Shown here: positions 38,162 through 50,002 of the stretch, in pieces
How the letters are laid out: every line of letters starts with the position of its first letter
Position numbering within the stretch: position 1 is the stretch's first letter
DNA from: Hyphochytrium catenoides
Taxonomy: Eukaryota > Protista > Hyphochytriomycota
Direction of reading: 5' to 3'
NCBI GenBank assembly: GCA_900088475.1
Contig: FLMG01001143.1
Span: 25,156-89,155 of the forward strand
DNA length: 64,000 bases
The notes under the pieces: model-generated
Told to the model about the DNA's origin: nothing
Seen by the model: only the letters and a program-made list of their open reading frames with translations
Database searches by the model: none
Made by a program: the position numbers and the translations under genes

Positions 38162-39719
38162 ATGCTGGCGGGCCTCTTCAATAGTCTCGGGTTCAGCAAG
38201 GAAGCGGAGGAGCAGGAGAATCGCCGTTCCTCCATAGCGGAAGATGGAGAGGATGCTAGACCCCGGTCGACTACCTCTTCCATCGAAGGCAGTGACTGGT
38301 CGTCTTTCGGTGCTCAGCTTCGCCGCCGTCGCGGAACGAGCATAGCGCATTCAGAGATGGCCAAGTTGGAATCGGAAAGAAGAAGAGACGAAGAAGAGAC
38401 GGCCCAGCGTACCCTGGAGCTAAAGATAGAAACGCGCCTGGTTGACGAGACTCGAAAGGAGATCAATGACCGCGCTCAGCAATTGAAGACGGTTTCGACT
38501 CTCTCTGCCCTTCTTGCAGGATTTACGACGACGAACATGGTAGAGATTAGCTTTCCAGAAGACCTATCAACCTGGATGTACCTTCTTTTCGGCGTAACTG
38601 CTGCCGTAGGGGTAAGTGAGCACTATCAGGAGGGAAATAGAGGCTGCGACCAGGACAGCGACATTGATCAGAATGGTTTGAGACGATATCCGTGGCAGAA
38701 GAGGTTTCGGACAAACAGTTGGATCAGTACAGACGGTAGATGGAAAGTATGATGCCTCTAGGAGCAGGTGGAAGCAAAGACTTAAGGCTAATGAGCTTCT
38801 TGTCCAGATGAGCCTGCTGGTGCTAGCGATGGTCAAGAGTTCCCTGATGCTTGTAGGAGTCATGCGCTACGACTGCAGAAAGCGTGACGTGCCTTTCGAA
38901 GAGTTCTGGAGGAAAAGGTAGACCGCAAGAATAGCGAAGCAAAGTGTGGCGTGGAATGGATCGCCTCTCTCCCTCTCAGTCGAGCTTCTTCTTGATATCT
39001 CTCTTGCTTCTCTCATGACCTTGCCTCTTCTTCCCTCTTTCTATCGTGTATATATTTCATTGACCTACAAGTGATAGGTTATTTGGTCACTAAACTCATT
39101 GGTCCTCCCTGTGTGGTTCTCTTTTTCTTCTCTTCTCTCTGTGGCTCTTTCGCGGTCTGGTGACGAAGATGTGAGGACGATTTCCGTGAAGCGTTTAGCT
39201 ACTTCTCATGGGGTAAGAATGCCCTTTCTCCTCTTTGTGTCAGAAGTAGGAGTGATTTGCTATTGGTCCAGCCTCTTATGAAGCATCACTATCTCTCACT
39301 CTTTCTCTACTACGCTTGTTACGTGCAGCTAGGGTTGTTCTTGATTGTCTCCTTTACTTTGATCGACATACCGTGTGCTAATATGTTCTGATCCTGCGGC
39401 ATTGATGTATTGCGGTTTTTACGCAGGTGTGCCCTGCTTTGTCGCGAACTTCGCAATCTCAGGCTCCATCGTCTATCGAAACTCCTTGATCACTACCCTC
39501 GCGGCCATTGCAATCGCTGCTCTCACTCTGGTTGTGTGGTGGATTCGCCTCCAATCAAAGTGGAAAGGATTCCTCACCTCGTCGACAGGTGACCTCTTTA
39601 TCAGACTCCCACATAGAACTTCTATGATGAGAGAACGCGAAACGCCTAGTCCTCTCAGGACCTCTCCTGGACAACCTGGAGTGTCTATCTCCTCCCAGAT
39701 CTCTGCGCCCACAAATTAG
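38162..39719 (+). CDS. Orai-family Ca2+ channel subunit, paralogue B (selectivity-filter Glu intact)
   Basis: Four exons (38162-38611, ~38808-38917, ~39169-39212, ~39427-39719), with introns at the same positions as paralogue A. TM1 QLKTVSTLSALLAGFTTTNMVEISF; FEEFWRKRCEDDFREAFSYFSWGVPCFVANF. Confidence 0.88.
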
Positions 39720-40015
39720 AAGATAAAGCACGCTGAGATTTACTTCGAGGAAAGAAGGTCTGTGATTAGATAGTCTTAGGGCTGATGCTTTACTGTCTGG
39801 TAGGTTGACTTTTGGAGCTAGTCCTGCAAGGGCAAAGTCCTACTTTGAAGGGTTTCCTGTCCCTGTCCCTGTCCCGGGACTTTCTTTTTCTGCAATGTCA
39901 ATACGGCTTCCCGTTTCTCCTTTGGGCTTTCCCGTAATGTTGGCACTATTATCTGTGTGTCAGCGCTTACTAGAGGTACGGACTAACCCCTTGTCTGTCT
40001 GTATAGGTGTAACTC

Positions 40016-43000
40016 TCAGAGGTTAGACTTCTTGGGCTCTCCGAGGTACATCACGTTGCGAGCAACAACCACGTCCCGCATGTCGAGTAGCGCCGTCTCC
40101 AACGCCCTTGCAAACTTGTGGGCATCGGTTTCTGGGCAAGTGTGATAGCAGGTGATGCAGAAGTTGATCTTGTCCTCATTGATCCCATAGCACACGCCGT
40201 AGCCTTCCTCATACATAGCAGAAAAGCCTCCCCAAAGTGGAGACGCATCTCCTCCCCCGCTAATGTTACTGGTGCTGAGCAAAAACTTACGCGAGGTGGT
40301 AAAGGCCTGGAACATGGGAAAAGGAATAGCTGGTTAGGAGAAAAGAGTATCTTTTGAGGTCCAGATATCACGTGGATATTCTCTCAAACTGAGGACGGAT
40401 GTTTCCTCTTACTCCCCATGAAGGCGGGAAAATCTAGCAATTGTAGGCGAGGATGGCCATGATTTGGGCCAGGGTTTGGCACTGAAGGCGTGGCTTGATT
40501 TTAATTGCATTTCTTACCTTATCAGTGAAGAGAGATGGCTTGGGGCTGATGCCAGACATCTCTGACACCACTTGCAACCCAAATAAATGACGATCGACAT
40601 CCCGGCCCAACATGGCGTCCTTTAGGTACTTTTTATGAGAGTTGATCGCGGCGATCAGTTTCTCCCACCGCTCAGAGTCCTTTTGATAAACGGAGAGAGA
40701 ATTAGAGTCCAGTCACTGTGTCTCGGCTTCCAGCAACGGAGAATTTCCTTCTCTGTGTCCTCTTCCTCAGTCTTTGTGGCCACGATTTGTCTGAACCTGC
40801 CCCGTTCTATCTTACTTCTCTTACCGTGGCAGTAGGTGATGTCATCGCCTTCACAAAGCTGAGCGACTCGATTGAGCAAGATCGAACTGTCGCTGTGCGG
40901 CCGTGGTAGAATAGCCTAGTGTGGCCCGTCTCATAGACGGCGGTTGGTTTCCCATACAAGCGGTACCACGCCAGTTGAATAGCCTGTGAGGGCAGGAGAG
41001 CTACATCAGATCCGCTGGAACATTTGGCTATCAACCACCACCTGGTTACCATCTGTACGTAAAAGTCCGGCACGAGCTTGTAGCGTTTGAGGAAGCCCTT
41101 TCCATAGTGATTGAAAGACAGATGTTTTAGCTGGCTGGCCTGGAGAGCAGAGCCATTGATCAGAGACAATGCCAAAGGATCATGCAAAAGGGCACTGGAT
41201 GTGCCAACCATACATGAATGAGACGACTAATGGCCGCACTGGCTGATTCAATGGCACTGAGTGCAACGGCGTCCAACTTCCAATTGAGCCTTTCAATCTT
41301 GGGCAGCGGCTGGCTCTGTCCTTTGTCCCAGTTGAAGGCCGAAAATCTTTCTCTGAAGCTGGCACCCACAGTCTTTACAACCCAATCAAACATGCGCACC
41401 ACAACTAACGCATCGGCCCAAGCGTGCTGGCCATTAATGCCCCCCTTCCCGTTCTCGAATATTACTAGGTTGATTGGCTTATCGTACCAGCTGCGGGGCG
41501 ACAAGAGGCGGGTGAGGACTAATTCTAGCGGCAGCATAAAGTGAGCGCGATAACTTCAGGTCTTCCTCAAGTCACGGAGCGGAGTGGTACGCGATGAATT
41601 GCAGTTAACAGTCCAAAAAGAGACGGCTCCCTCCTTACCGATTCCTTCCATCGCCCAGCAGGCATATTTTAGCCACATCTTCTCCGGTAGGAGGCTCAAG
41701 GTCCTCAAGGCAAATGACAAAAAGAGCGCTCTGAATGGCTACCAGATTCTCCTCGTTCTTCTTGTCAAGAGAGATTAAATATTCGCGAGCCTGTATGCAA
41801 ATGGAGGGCATAGAGGATGACACCAAAGAGGTTCAAAGAGGGTTGAAAATGACCATTGAGGCTGATAGTAATGAAGCATGCGATCTAAAGACGCCAGCAG
41901 TAAACTGAGGAGCGAGGCTATGCCATATTACAGGACGAGCAACTGCAAGGCGCATAGCAAAACGTCAAACGCTTCGATCCCATCCTCCTCTTCACCCTGC
42001 AAGCTTTTTTCCTCTTGCTTCAAGAAGTCTTTATTCCTCACCTTCCACCAGTTGGTCCTGTTCTCTGAGGTAAGAATGCTGACGGGTGGGTTTCTCTCCA
42101 AATCGAAGACTGCGGAGGCCTCCTCTCTTACTTGCTCAAAGGCCCGAGCGAGGACCTCAACTACGCATTGGGACCAGAGTTTTATGTCAGAACATGGCCG
42201 TCTTTCCATGAAACCTCTCGCAAGCAGGTCCTCTTGATATTGCTGCTTCTTGCTCCCCTGTCTCTAACGGTCTTTACTTTATTCCAGCTTCTCGGTCCAT
42301 AGATCTATCTTACTTCTCTCTCTCTCACACACACACATTCACACTCCTTCGTTCACAACATCCATAGAGAACACAGGCTCTCCCCTTCCGTGCAAACGCT
42401 ATGCCTCTTCACGAAATCTTTTGACTCTCATCTTCTTTTACTGCTTCGCACCTGATAGAGGCTCTCCTTGTTCATCGAGCACGTCGACTTTATAGATGGA
42501 GTTATTCCTCATAACAATGACGTGCCGAATCTCTGCATCCGGATAAACCTCAATTGAATCACATTCCTCGCCCGGGACCACGCAGGAGTTGAACATACGC
42601 TTGTACTGGTACATAGACAAAGGCTGTCCTGCTAAGTATTCTACCGGAAATTGTTCGCTGTAAGAAGGAGGACAGAAGATCATAATGGAGACAGGGAAAT
42701 CTGTTAGGACTATGGAACAGCTATAATGAGCAACGCCTTACAACTATTCTATTTGCCTTTTTCAAGCTGTGTCTTCAGTAAGCAAAAACCGCCATCATTC
42801 AACTCGACCCTGTAGAGGTAGGCCTGCCTGCCATGATAACTCGCTGCGCTTCTTGTCCACGCAGGTCGTCCCTCTATCTGTCCTCCACCGCTAAATGGCT
42901 CAAGTTCCACCTACCTCAGTAGTAACTTCCTGAATTGCAGCACCGTATACAGCGTAATGGCAGCAGCTTGCGCAGGCTTAAGACTCCTAGGGCCCCAGTT

Positions 43001-44270
43001 GCCAGGCAGGACTCCTTGCCAGTTGACATTTACTGCCGAAGGATAGCGCGGACGCAGGTAGATGATGGTTTCCCACCAATCCTCGATCTAATGACAGATG
43101 TATCACGAAGACAGAGCGAATGGCTATGTTAGACCTCAGAGCAGGATAGAGACGTAGGGTTGATCAAAATAAAACGCAACGGGGTAAACCTACCCAGTTT
43201 CTCTCCTCGTTCGCCCTGTCCTCCAAAATCTCCTGCAGCTGCTTCCCAGCGCCGTTCTTGAAGTCTTCACATACAGCCTGCGTGTGTTCGTATTCCTCAT
43301 CCGAGAGAAGTGGCCGGCAGGAGCGAAGATATTTCTCAAAGGTCTCCTCTAGAGAGGGAAGAGGAAGAGACGGTAGCTGCCCATCGTGAGGAAAGCAGCA
43401 AGCATATCAACAGCGTCACAGTGGGAGATGGATGATTAGATTCAACAGGTCCAAGGCTGCTAGAGAATGGCGGTACTAACCTCTTCCTCTAACTGGAAGG
43501 TACTAGGATTCTCCTGTGCCCCTTTGTCAGCCATTTCCTCTTCCGTTTCCTTGAGAACTCCTGTCGATGCCGGAGGATGAGATGGCGCAGTGGCAAGCAC
43601 GTTTGAGGCAGACGATTGTGGATTAGGTGCCGTGTGCTTGCCCAACAGCCAGCTTGAGATCTTCGCAATAAGGCCCGCCAGGATTATGAGCTATTGACTC
43701 AGGGCAGAGAAGCCTGGAGAAGAGCACACTTCGTGATAGTCTGCGAGAGAGGCCAGGATAGGTCTCCTAGAGCCGCGTGGAGACTGGTTTGAAGATCGCA
43801 GACTGATATAATCTATGGCGGAAGAGGCACCGATTGATGGTGAGGCTGCCTGCCCCTGGTACACAGACAGAGAGCGCGTCAACTGCTCACTTGCTTTTCG
43901 CCGTGATCTGAGCACCTTCCAGGCGGCGAAGGAAAGGGGATAATATGCAGATCTCATTCAGTAGGAGTGTTACGCGGGGGATTATCTTTAGATTATGGCG
44001 AGTTGCCTTGAAGCAGGGGAGAGAGAGGAGGAGAGACAAAAGGTTGAAGGCAAAACACGCACAAAACTGACATCTTTGGATATCACCCTGCTCCTCTGGA
44101 ATGAAACTCATGCGGATTCGGAACAGAAAGGGAAACAAGGCGGAAACAAGGGCCATACCCTCAACATTACTCACTTGTGGTCTTTGATCTACAGTACAAT
44201 ATTCTGAATCGTTAGGATAGGTTGAGGTTGAGTAACGGAGCTTCTGCCTGACCAGCTGTCGAGCCATCAT
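40016..44270 (-). CDS. Carnitine/choline O-acyltransferase family protein with C-terminal PTS1-like SNL
   Basis: LPSLPLPSLEETFEKYL; PLSMYQYKRMFNSC; NR/WYDKP; catalytic-His region GINGQHAWADA; PDFYVQMAIQLAWYR; YETGHTRLFYHGRT; LSTS motif; GYGVCY; ends KKSNL. The 5' start (43957 or 44270) is uncertain. Confidence 0.9.
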
Positions 44271-44949
44271 CTCGTCTGCATCAGAGCCAACGCGCACAAG
44301 AAGGCCTTGAGAAGCACTGGGCTGACAAGTAGATTCTATCGTAGGGCCTGCCGCTACGAAGTTTACAACGTACAGTACAATGATCGAGCTCCTGTGGTCA
44401 GTGCCGCCTCACTGAGAAGTGGATGCCGATGTAGACTCTCAGTCCACGCATAATCATGACAAGAGCCATTGAGCCATCGGGACGGTCCGGTTCGGAACCC
44501 ACGGCTGCCGAAAGCTGCTTCTCCGCAGAGCTTTTCTGACGGTAATCAGAGGTAGACCTTACGTTTTCAGATAAGACGGCACGCCAGACTGTTGCTTTTG
44601 TTACCCCTCTGCTAAGCCCTTAAGTAGAAAGTCTGGCTCTATTCGCCACCTACCGCGTTTAACACGGTGTCCCACTTGTCACTGAAGCTCACAGACGCCT
44701 ACATCTTATTCCAAAGCGACGCGCTTGATACATTCGCCATGCCAAGCATCAATGATAAATATCGCGGACACAGCCAAGATTGTTCAGTCACTTCACTCCA
44801 TTCTGTACATCTGAAGTTTTTCCAGATGTGTTTGCGCTAAAAAAAGAAAGGTACAGGGAAGAAAGAAGAAAAGAAAGAAGCAAGGCAGGCAATTACAGCG
44901 CAGAAAGCGTGATGCAACTGGCCGGAGGGTTCCTGTCGGAAGAGGCGAC

Positions 44950-46922
44950 CTAATCCCTCCTCTTCCCGCTGTTCAGTTCAACCAGGCGCTCAATGCCGGT
45001 CATAGTCTCACAAGGCAGCAAGATCACGCTAGTTCGATGGCTGTTCGACATCGCCTTCAGACTGTTCAGGTACTGGACGGCAACTAGATAGTCAACAGCC
45101 TTATCTCCGTCCGCCAAGACTGCCCGCGAGGTAGTAGTGTTCAGTAACAAGCCACAACAAGAAAGAAAAGTCAAATGTGAATGTGGGCACTTACCATCTT
45201 GAAGGCATTTGATAGACTGAGCCTCCGCCTTAGCGAGCATCATCTTCGCCTCTGCTTCTCCCTTGGCCTTTAGTAAATCAGCTGACCGCCGACCCTCTGC
45301 CTGAAGTATCATTCTGCAGACCCAACATGTTAACCTCCTGGGATATAACCACAAGACTTTCTCTATCCTCTACCTCGCAGCATTTCCTCTTGACCGAATG
45401 ATGGCACTTTCTCGCTCTCCATCAGCCTGAGTGAAGACCAGTAAGTAAAGAGGCTACGAGGTTGCGACCCATGGCGAAAAGAGGGACTACCATTATAACC
45501 GCAAGACGAGAGCTCCTGGAGATACTAGGAGAGATGGTACAACTTGCTCCATTAGGCTCTACTATTTACCTGCAAGACGGTGGATCGGCGATCTCTTTCA
45601 GCCTTGATTTGCTGCTCCATGACATCCTTGATATCACTAGGAGGGATGATATTGAAGATCTCCACGCGGGTGATTGTCACACCCCAGCGCTCCGCATCGC
45701 GTTGAATCTAAGGCAGGGGTGAGCATGGCTGGTAGATCTTAAGTGAAGAAACACAGAGGCATCGATAGGGGAGCAAGGATCAAACGAAGTGGAATTGTAA
45801 AGATACCAGGTGAGAAGAGAGAGAAGAAAATGAGATCATGTAAGTATCGCAAGGAGAGTAAAAATAAGTGAAGTGGAACGCCCCACACAGAGGGAGGAGA
45901 CGAGAGAGGAAGGATTCCCTCTTGGACCGTGACGCAACCGGAGGTAGAGACTCACCAAAGTAAGAAGGCTGTGGTTGATGGTCTCACGGGAGGAGAACGT
46001 GTCGTCCAGAGTCATTTGTGCAATGATATTTCTCAAAGTAGCTACCAGGATAGAGAGGGACAAACAATATGAAGATATTGAGTAAGAGATCCGTTCTCCT
46101 CCTAACAAGGCATGAGACTCACATTGAGTCAATAGCTCCACTGCATCTGGTAGGTTCTGGATCTTATAGACGGCCAGTCGGGGATCAGTGATGCGGAAGT
46201 ACACCTACCAAGCAGGTTGGGTGGGCCGCAAGATGGATTAAGAGAGTTTTAGAAAGTTAAGTTAGTTTTCCATCCTCAGGAGCCATCGGTAAGAGAGTAT
46301 ACCAAAGCGTCAATCTGAATCTGGACAGTATCCTTCGTGATAACATGTTGCCGACCTACAAGCGAATAGAGTTCAGCACTTTCTCAAACTCCGGGCGGGT
46401 GGAAGAAGAGAGCGTGCTAACCACAATCAGTGACAGGAATATTGAAACAGTTCACAAGCCCAAAAAATGAAGTGCTTACCAAAGTCAATGATGTGCTCTC
46501 TCATGTCAACTCGATCAGTGGCCATGGATACCACCTGAACCTTAGACCCTCCATCCTAGCATCAATAGAGTTGAGTGCATAGAATAGCGTATAGAAAAGC
46601 GTGAGGTGGCTATGAGGACCAAGGCTTACCGTGGCGTCCATATAGCGCCAGTGGATAGTCCGTGCTGCCTCAATGATCGGTAATACGAAATGGATACCGG
46701 GTTTCAATGTGCGCTGCAATGACCGAGAGATAGGAGAGACGAATAAGGTAGAATCCTGAGCGCACGGGGCAAAGAACTCTTTACCTTGTATTTGCCAAAC
46801 CTCTCGATGATCACAATTTCCGCGTGATGTACGATTTTCATGGAAAGGCTCAGCAGCACAAGCCCAATGAAGATGATCACCGAGATCGCAACAATCACGG
46901 AGATTGCCGTGGAACTCGCCAT
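44950..46922 (-). CDS. SPFH/band 7 (stomatin-like) membrane protein
   Basis: N-terminal TM, then IVIIERFGKY.RTLKPGIHFVLP, QHVITKDTVQIQIDAL, TLRNIIAQMTLDDTFSSRETIN, DAERWGVTITRVEI, and an Ala/Glu coiled coil AEGRRSADLLKAKGEAEA. Confidence 0.92.
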
Positions 46923-47796
46923 GTTTGACAAAGTGGCGCCTTCCTATGGAGTGGTCTACAGTCCAAGCTTCAGCGCCCCAACTAAGGCAATCTGACGACC
47001 GCTATCTCGGTCCTGTAGCTACCACCTCCGGCACGTCTTGACGAGTCGTAACAACGCCTTCTGGAAAATCTATCTCTCCTAGCTCTGCATGACCAATTGA
47101 CGTCCGACACACGTTGCTTGTCTCTGTTCTATGAATTCCTTGGCATCGTCAGGATGAACAGACGACAATGAGACTCGTTAGCGGCGATGATAGAGCCCTA
47201 TCTCCACAAGCTCGCAAGCCAACAAAAAAGCAGACTCGTCCGCCTAAGTTACTTCACAATGCCTCGATCGTTTCTCTTCATCGCCTGAGAGAGGAATAAG
47301 TAAGGCCTTTTATCCCAGACAAAGACAGCAGACAGAGCGGCAGCACAGGAACAGAATGCGAAGACAGCACCAACACTAGCACAAACCGTTGCAGTTATTC
47401 ATCATAAGGTGTCATGTTATTATGGAATCCTAGCACCAGAAACTAGAGGAAATTGGACGCACATTACAGTAAATCTTTATCCTTTAAGAATCAGTCACTG
47501 GTCACCAACTGATTCTATTTGTGATCTTTCATTCAGATGAAGATCACATCGCCTCTCGTCATTGCCGAGTAACCTTTTGGGCCTCCGTCCGTCCTCCTTG
47601 GTCATTGCCTTTCTCAGAGCTTCATACATCAATGACTGGTACCAAGGTTAGCTGACTAGCTTCAGATGCTCGGTTGAGAAGAAGCGGAGAGCTACTTGCC
47701 GAGCTCGGCATTGAAGTGTCCAAACTCCTGGTCCTGCTTATGAAGAGATGTGGACAGCGCTTCCCTGAAAGTTCTGATATGTATGTAAGCTTGAAG

Positions 47797-49979
47797 ATGG
47801 CTAACTTTCGGCAAAGAACAAGATCAAATACCGCGGGGCTCGCTCTGTCTTTAAGCCGCTCCATCGGAACAACCCTACGTACCGGCTTCTTTGCTCGCTC
47901 CCTTGCCTCTGGAGGTAGCTTTTGGTCCAGATATGAGACGAAGTGGAGGTATGAAAAGGAGAAGTCAAAGAAACACCCGCAGAAGAGCAGGCTCCTACTC
48001 ACCTTTCGGGGACCCGTGGAGTTACCCACAGGCAAGCAGGTGAGGTGTCGAGGAAGCCAGATCGAAGCGGTGGAGGAGGCTAGCGGCAAGGAGGATCAGT
48101 GACATATACATTTGCTTCTTGTTGATTCATACAGGGCTTTGTCAATCCAAGTTCCACGCTTGAGCTCCATGCTTCAGACCATCTCGCCGTGATTGGGAGC
48201 AACGGTAGTGGTAAGACAGTTCTCCTCAATGCTTTGATGGGCTTCAGAAGAGCGAATGACAGAGGACAGAAAGACGGAAAGACCAGCCTAAACGTTTCGT
48301 CCGTGTCGTTTGACACTCACAGAGAGTTCCTCGCTGAGTTCGGTGACCTCACCGTTGACAAAGCTTTGGGTGGGCTTTACAGCAACCAGACAAAGGAGCT
48401 TATAGTTTTCTTTGGTCTGTACCCTGTCTGGGCTCGGAGAGTGTCTGCACTTTCTAATGGGGAGATTAGGAAGGTGATGCTGGCTAGAGCTCTTCTGTCT
48501 AAGCCACGGGTAAGAGATCTAAGCTGCCGTACTTCCTTGCGCATCGTTCATGATGTGTCTTACCGCCCAATATTCAGCCAATTCCTTTTTTCTTTGTTGC
48601 TTCCTCCCTCTACTACTGCTCCTCTTGATCCTCCTTTGATCTCTACTATCCCCCGTCTATTATACGTTTTATGGCAACACATGCTCATTAAGGTGCTATG
48701 TACACCTATAGGTCCTCATCCTCGACCAGCCATTCGATGGTCTGGACATAGCTTCAAGGGAGAGTCTGCAGCGACTATTAGCAAGAATAGCCGAAGGCTT
48801 TCCACCACTTCTCATTGATATTGGGCTGAAGAAGGCTGATCATCCGTCAAGAAAGGTGGCTCCGCAGGACTCTCTTTCGCTCCGAGATCAGAAAACCAAT
48901 TTGGTATTAGTAGTGCAGAGAGAGGAGCAACTTCTGCCGCAGCTAAACCGAATAGCCGTATTGAAGGACCTTGAAATTGTCTATAGTGGTGAGCCTTGCT
49001 CGCCAGAGGCGGCCCAACACAGAGCGGAAGTATTGACCCCCAAAGTGTGGAAGGACCACCCGGCGCTACTAGCCTTCTCACAAGTCTATGAGCTCTTTTC
49101 CCGCACAAGAAAGGCTTGGAACACGGAGGAGCAGCAGATTCTTTCCAGCGAAACAGTGCTACAATTGGACCAAGTAGAGCTGCTCAGAGATGGGAAGAGG
49201 ATTCTTGAAGAATTCAGCTGGGAATCGAAAAGAGGAGAGCACTGGTGTATCTTGGGACCCAATGGGGCCGGCAAGTCATCAATTAGTAGACTTGTTATGG
49301 GTCTCGTCGCCCCATCTGCCGGCAGGGTAAAGCTGTTGGGGAAGGACATGCAGCAGTGGACGATCCAAGAGCGGCTTCAACCGGGATCCCTCCGATATAT
49401 AGTTGGCTGCGTCTCAACCGATATTCATCTTCAGACAACAGGGAAAGACGAGGAAGAAGCTGAATTCGGTGATTCAAACGCTACCATTGTGTCCGTGAAA
49501 GAGCGCCTAAAGTCAATCATTGTCTGCTCAAGAGCCTCAGAGGGTGGTCCTGAACTCACATCCTTAGAGCAAGACTTCTTGAACCTGGTCTTAGATCTGA
49601 CCGGTCTGCAGGTACGTTGAGAGCGCAGTTCACTCTGCTTGAAGAGAGAATTTGTAACGCTGAACACTCTCTTCTGTCTTTGCGCTCCTAGGAGGACGTA
49701 CTCAGTCGGTCGTTTACTGCTCTGTCTCAGGGTGAGCAGAAAGTAATCCTTGTTGTTCAGGCGCTTCTCATAGCTCCACGGATCTTAGTGATGGATGAGG
49801 CTTCGCAAGGGCTGGATGCTCATAATCGGTCATTGGTGCTCGCTCTTCTCCAAGCGATCAGCACTCACACTTCCACCCAGATCATCCACATTACTCATCA
49901 CGAGGATGAGATCTTCCAGGGCATCACAAAGGTCCTCCGAATAGAGGAAGGGAAAGTCAAGACCATGACGGCGCGGTAG
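47797..49979 (+). CDS. ModF-like soluble ABC ATPase with two nucleotide-binding domains and a presequence-like N-terminus
   Basis: NBD1: GSNGSGKT, VSFDTH, LSNGEIRKVMLARAL, LILDQPFDGLD. NBD2: GEHWCILGPNGAGKS, LSQGEQK, VMDEASQGLD, HITHHEDEI. No TM segments seen. Start inferred at MANFRQRTRS. Confidence 0.85.
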
Positions 49980-50002
49980 AGCAGTAACAGAGGAATCCAC
50001 TC

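Noticed and set aside
33829-48729. Three Glu-to-Gln changes at conserved sites (Orai A, carnitine acyltransferase QH, ABC Walker B) hinting at CAR codon reassignment or editing
   Set aside because: CAA/CAG encode conserved Gln elsewhere (e.g. [19 protein letters not shown]), and conserved Glu sites use GAR, so the standard code fits.
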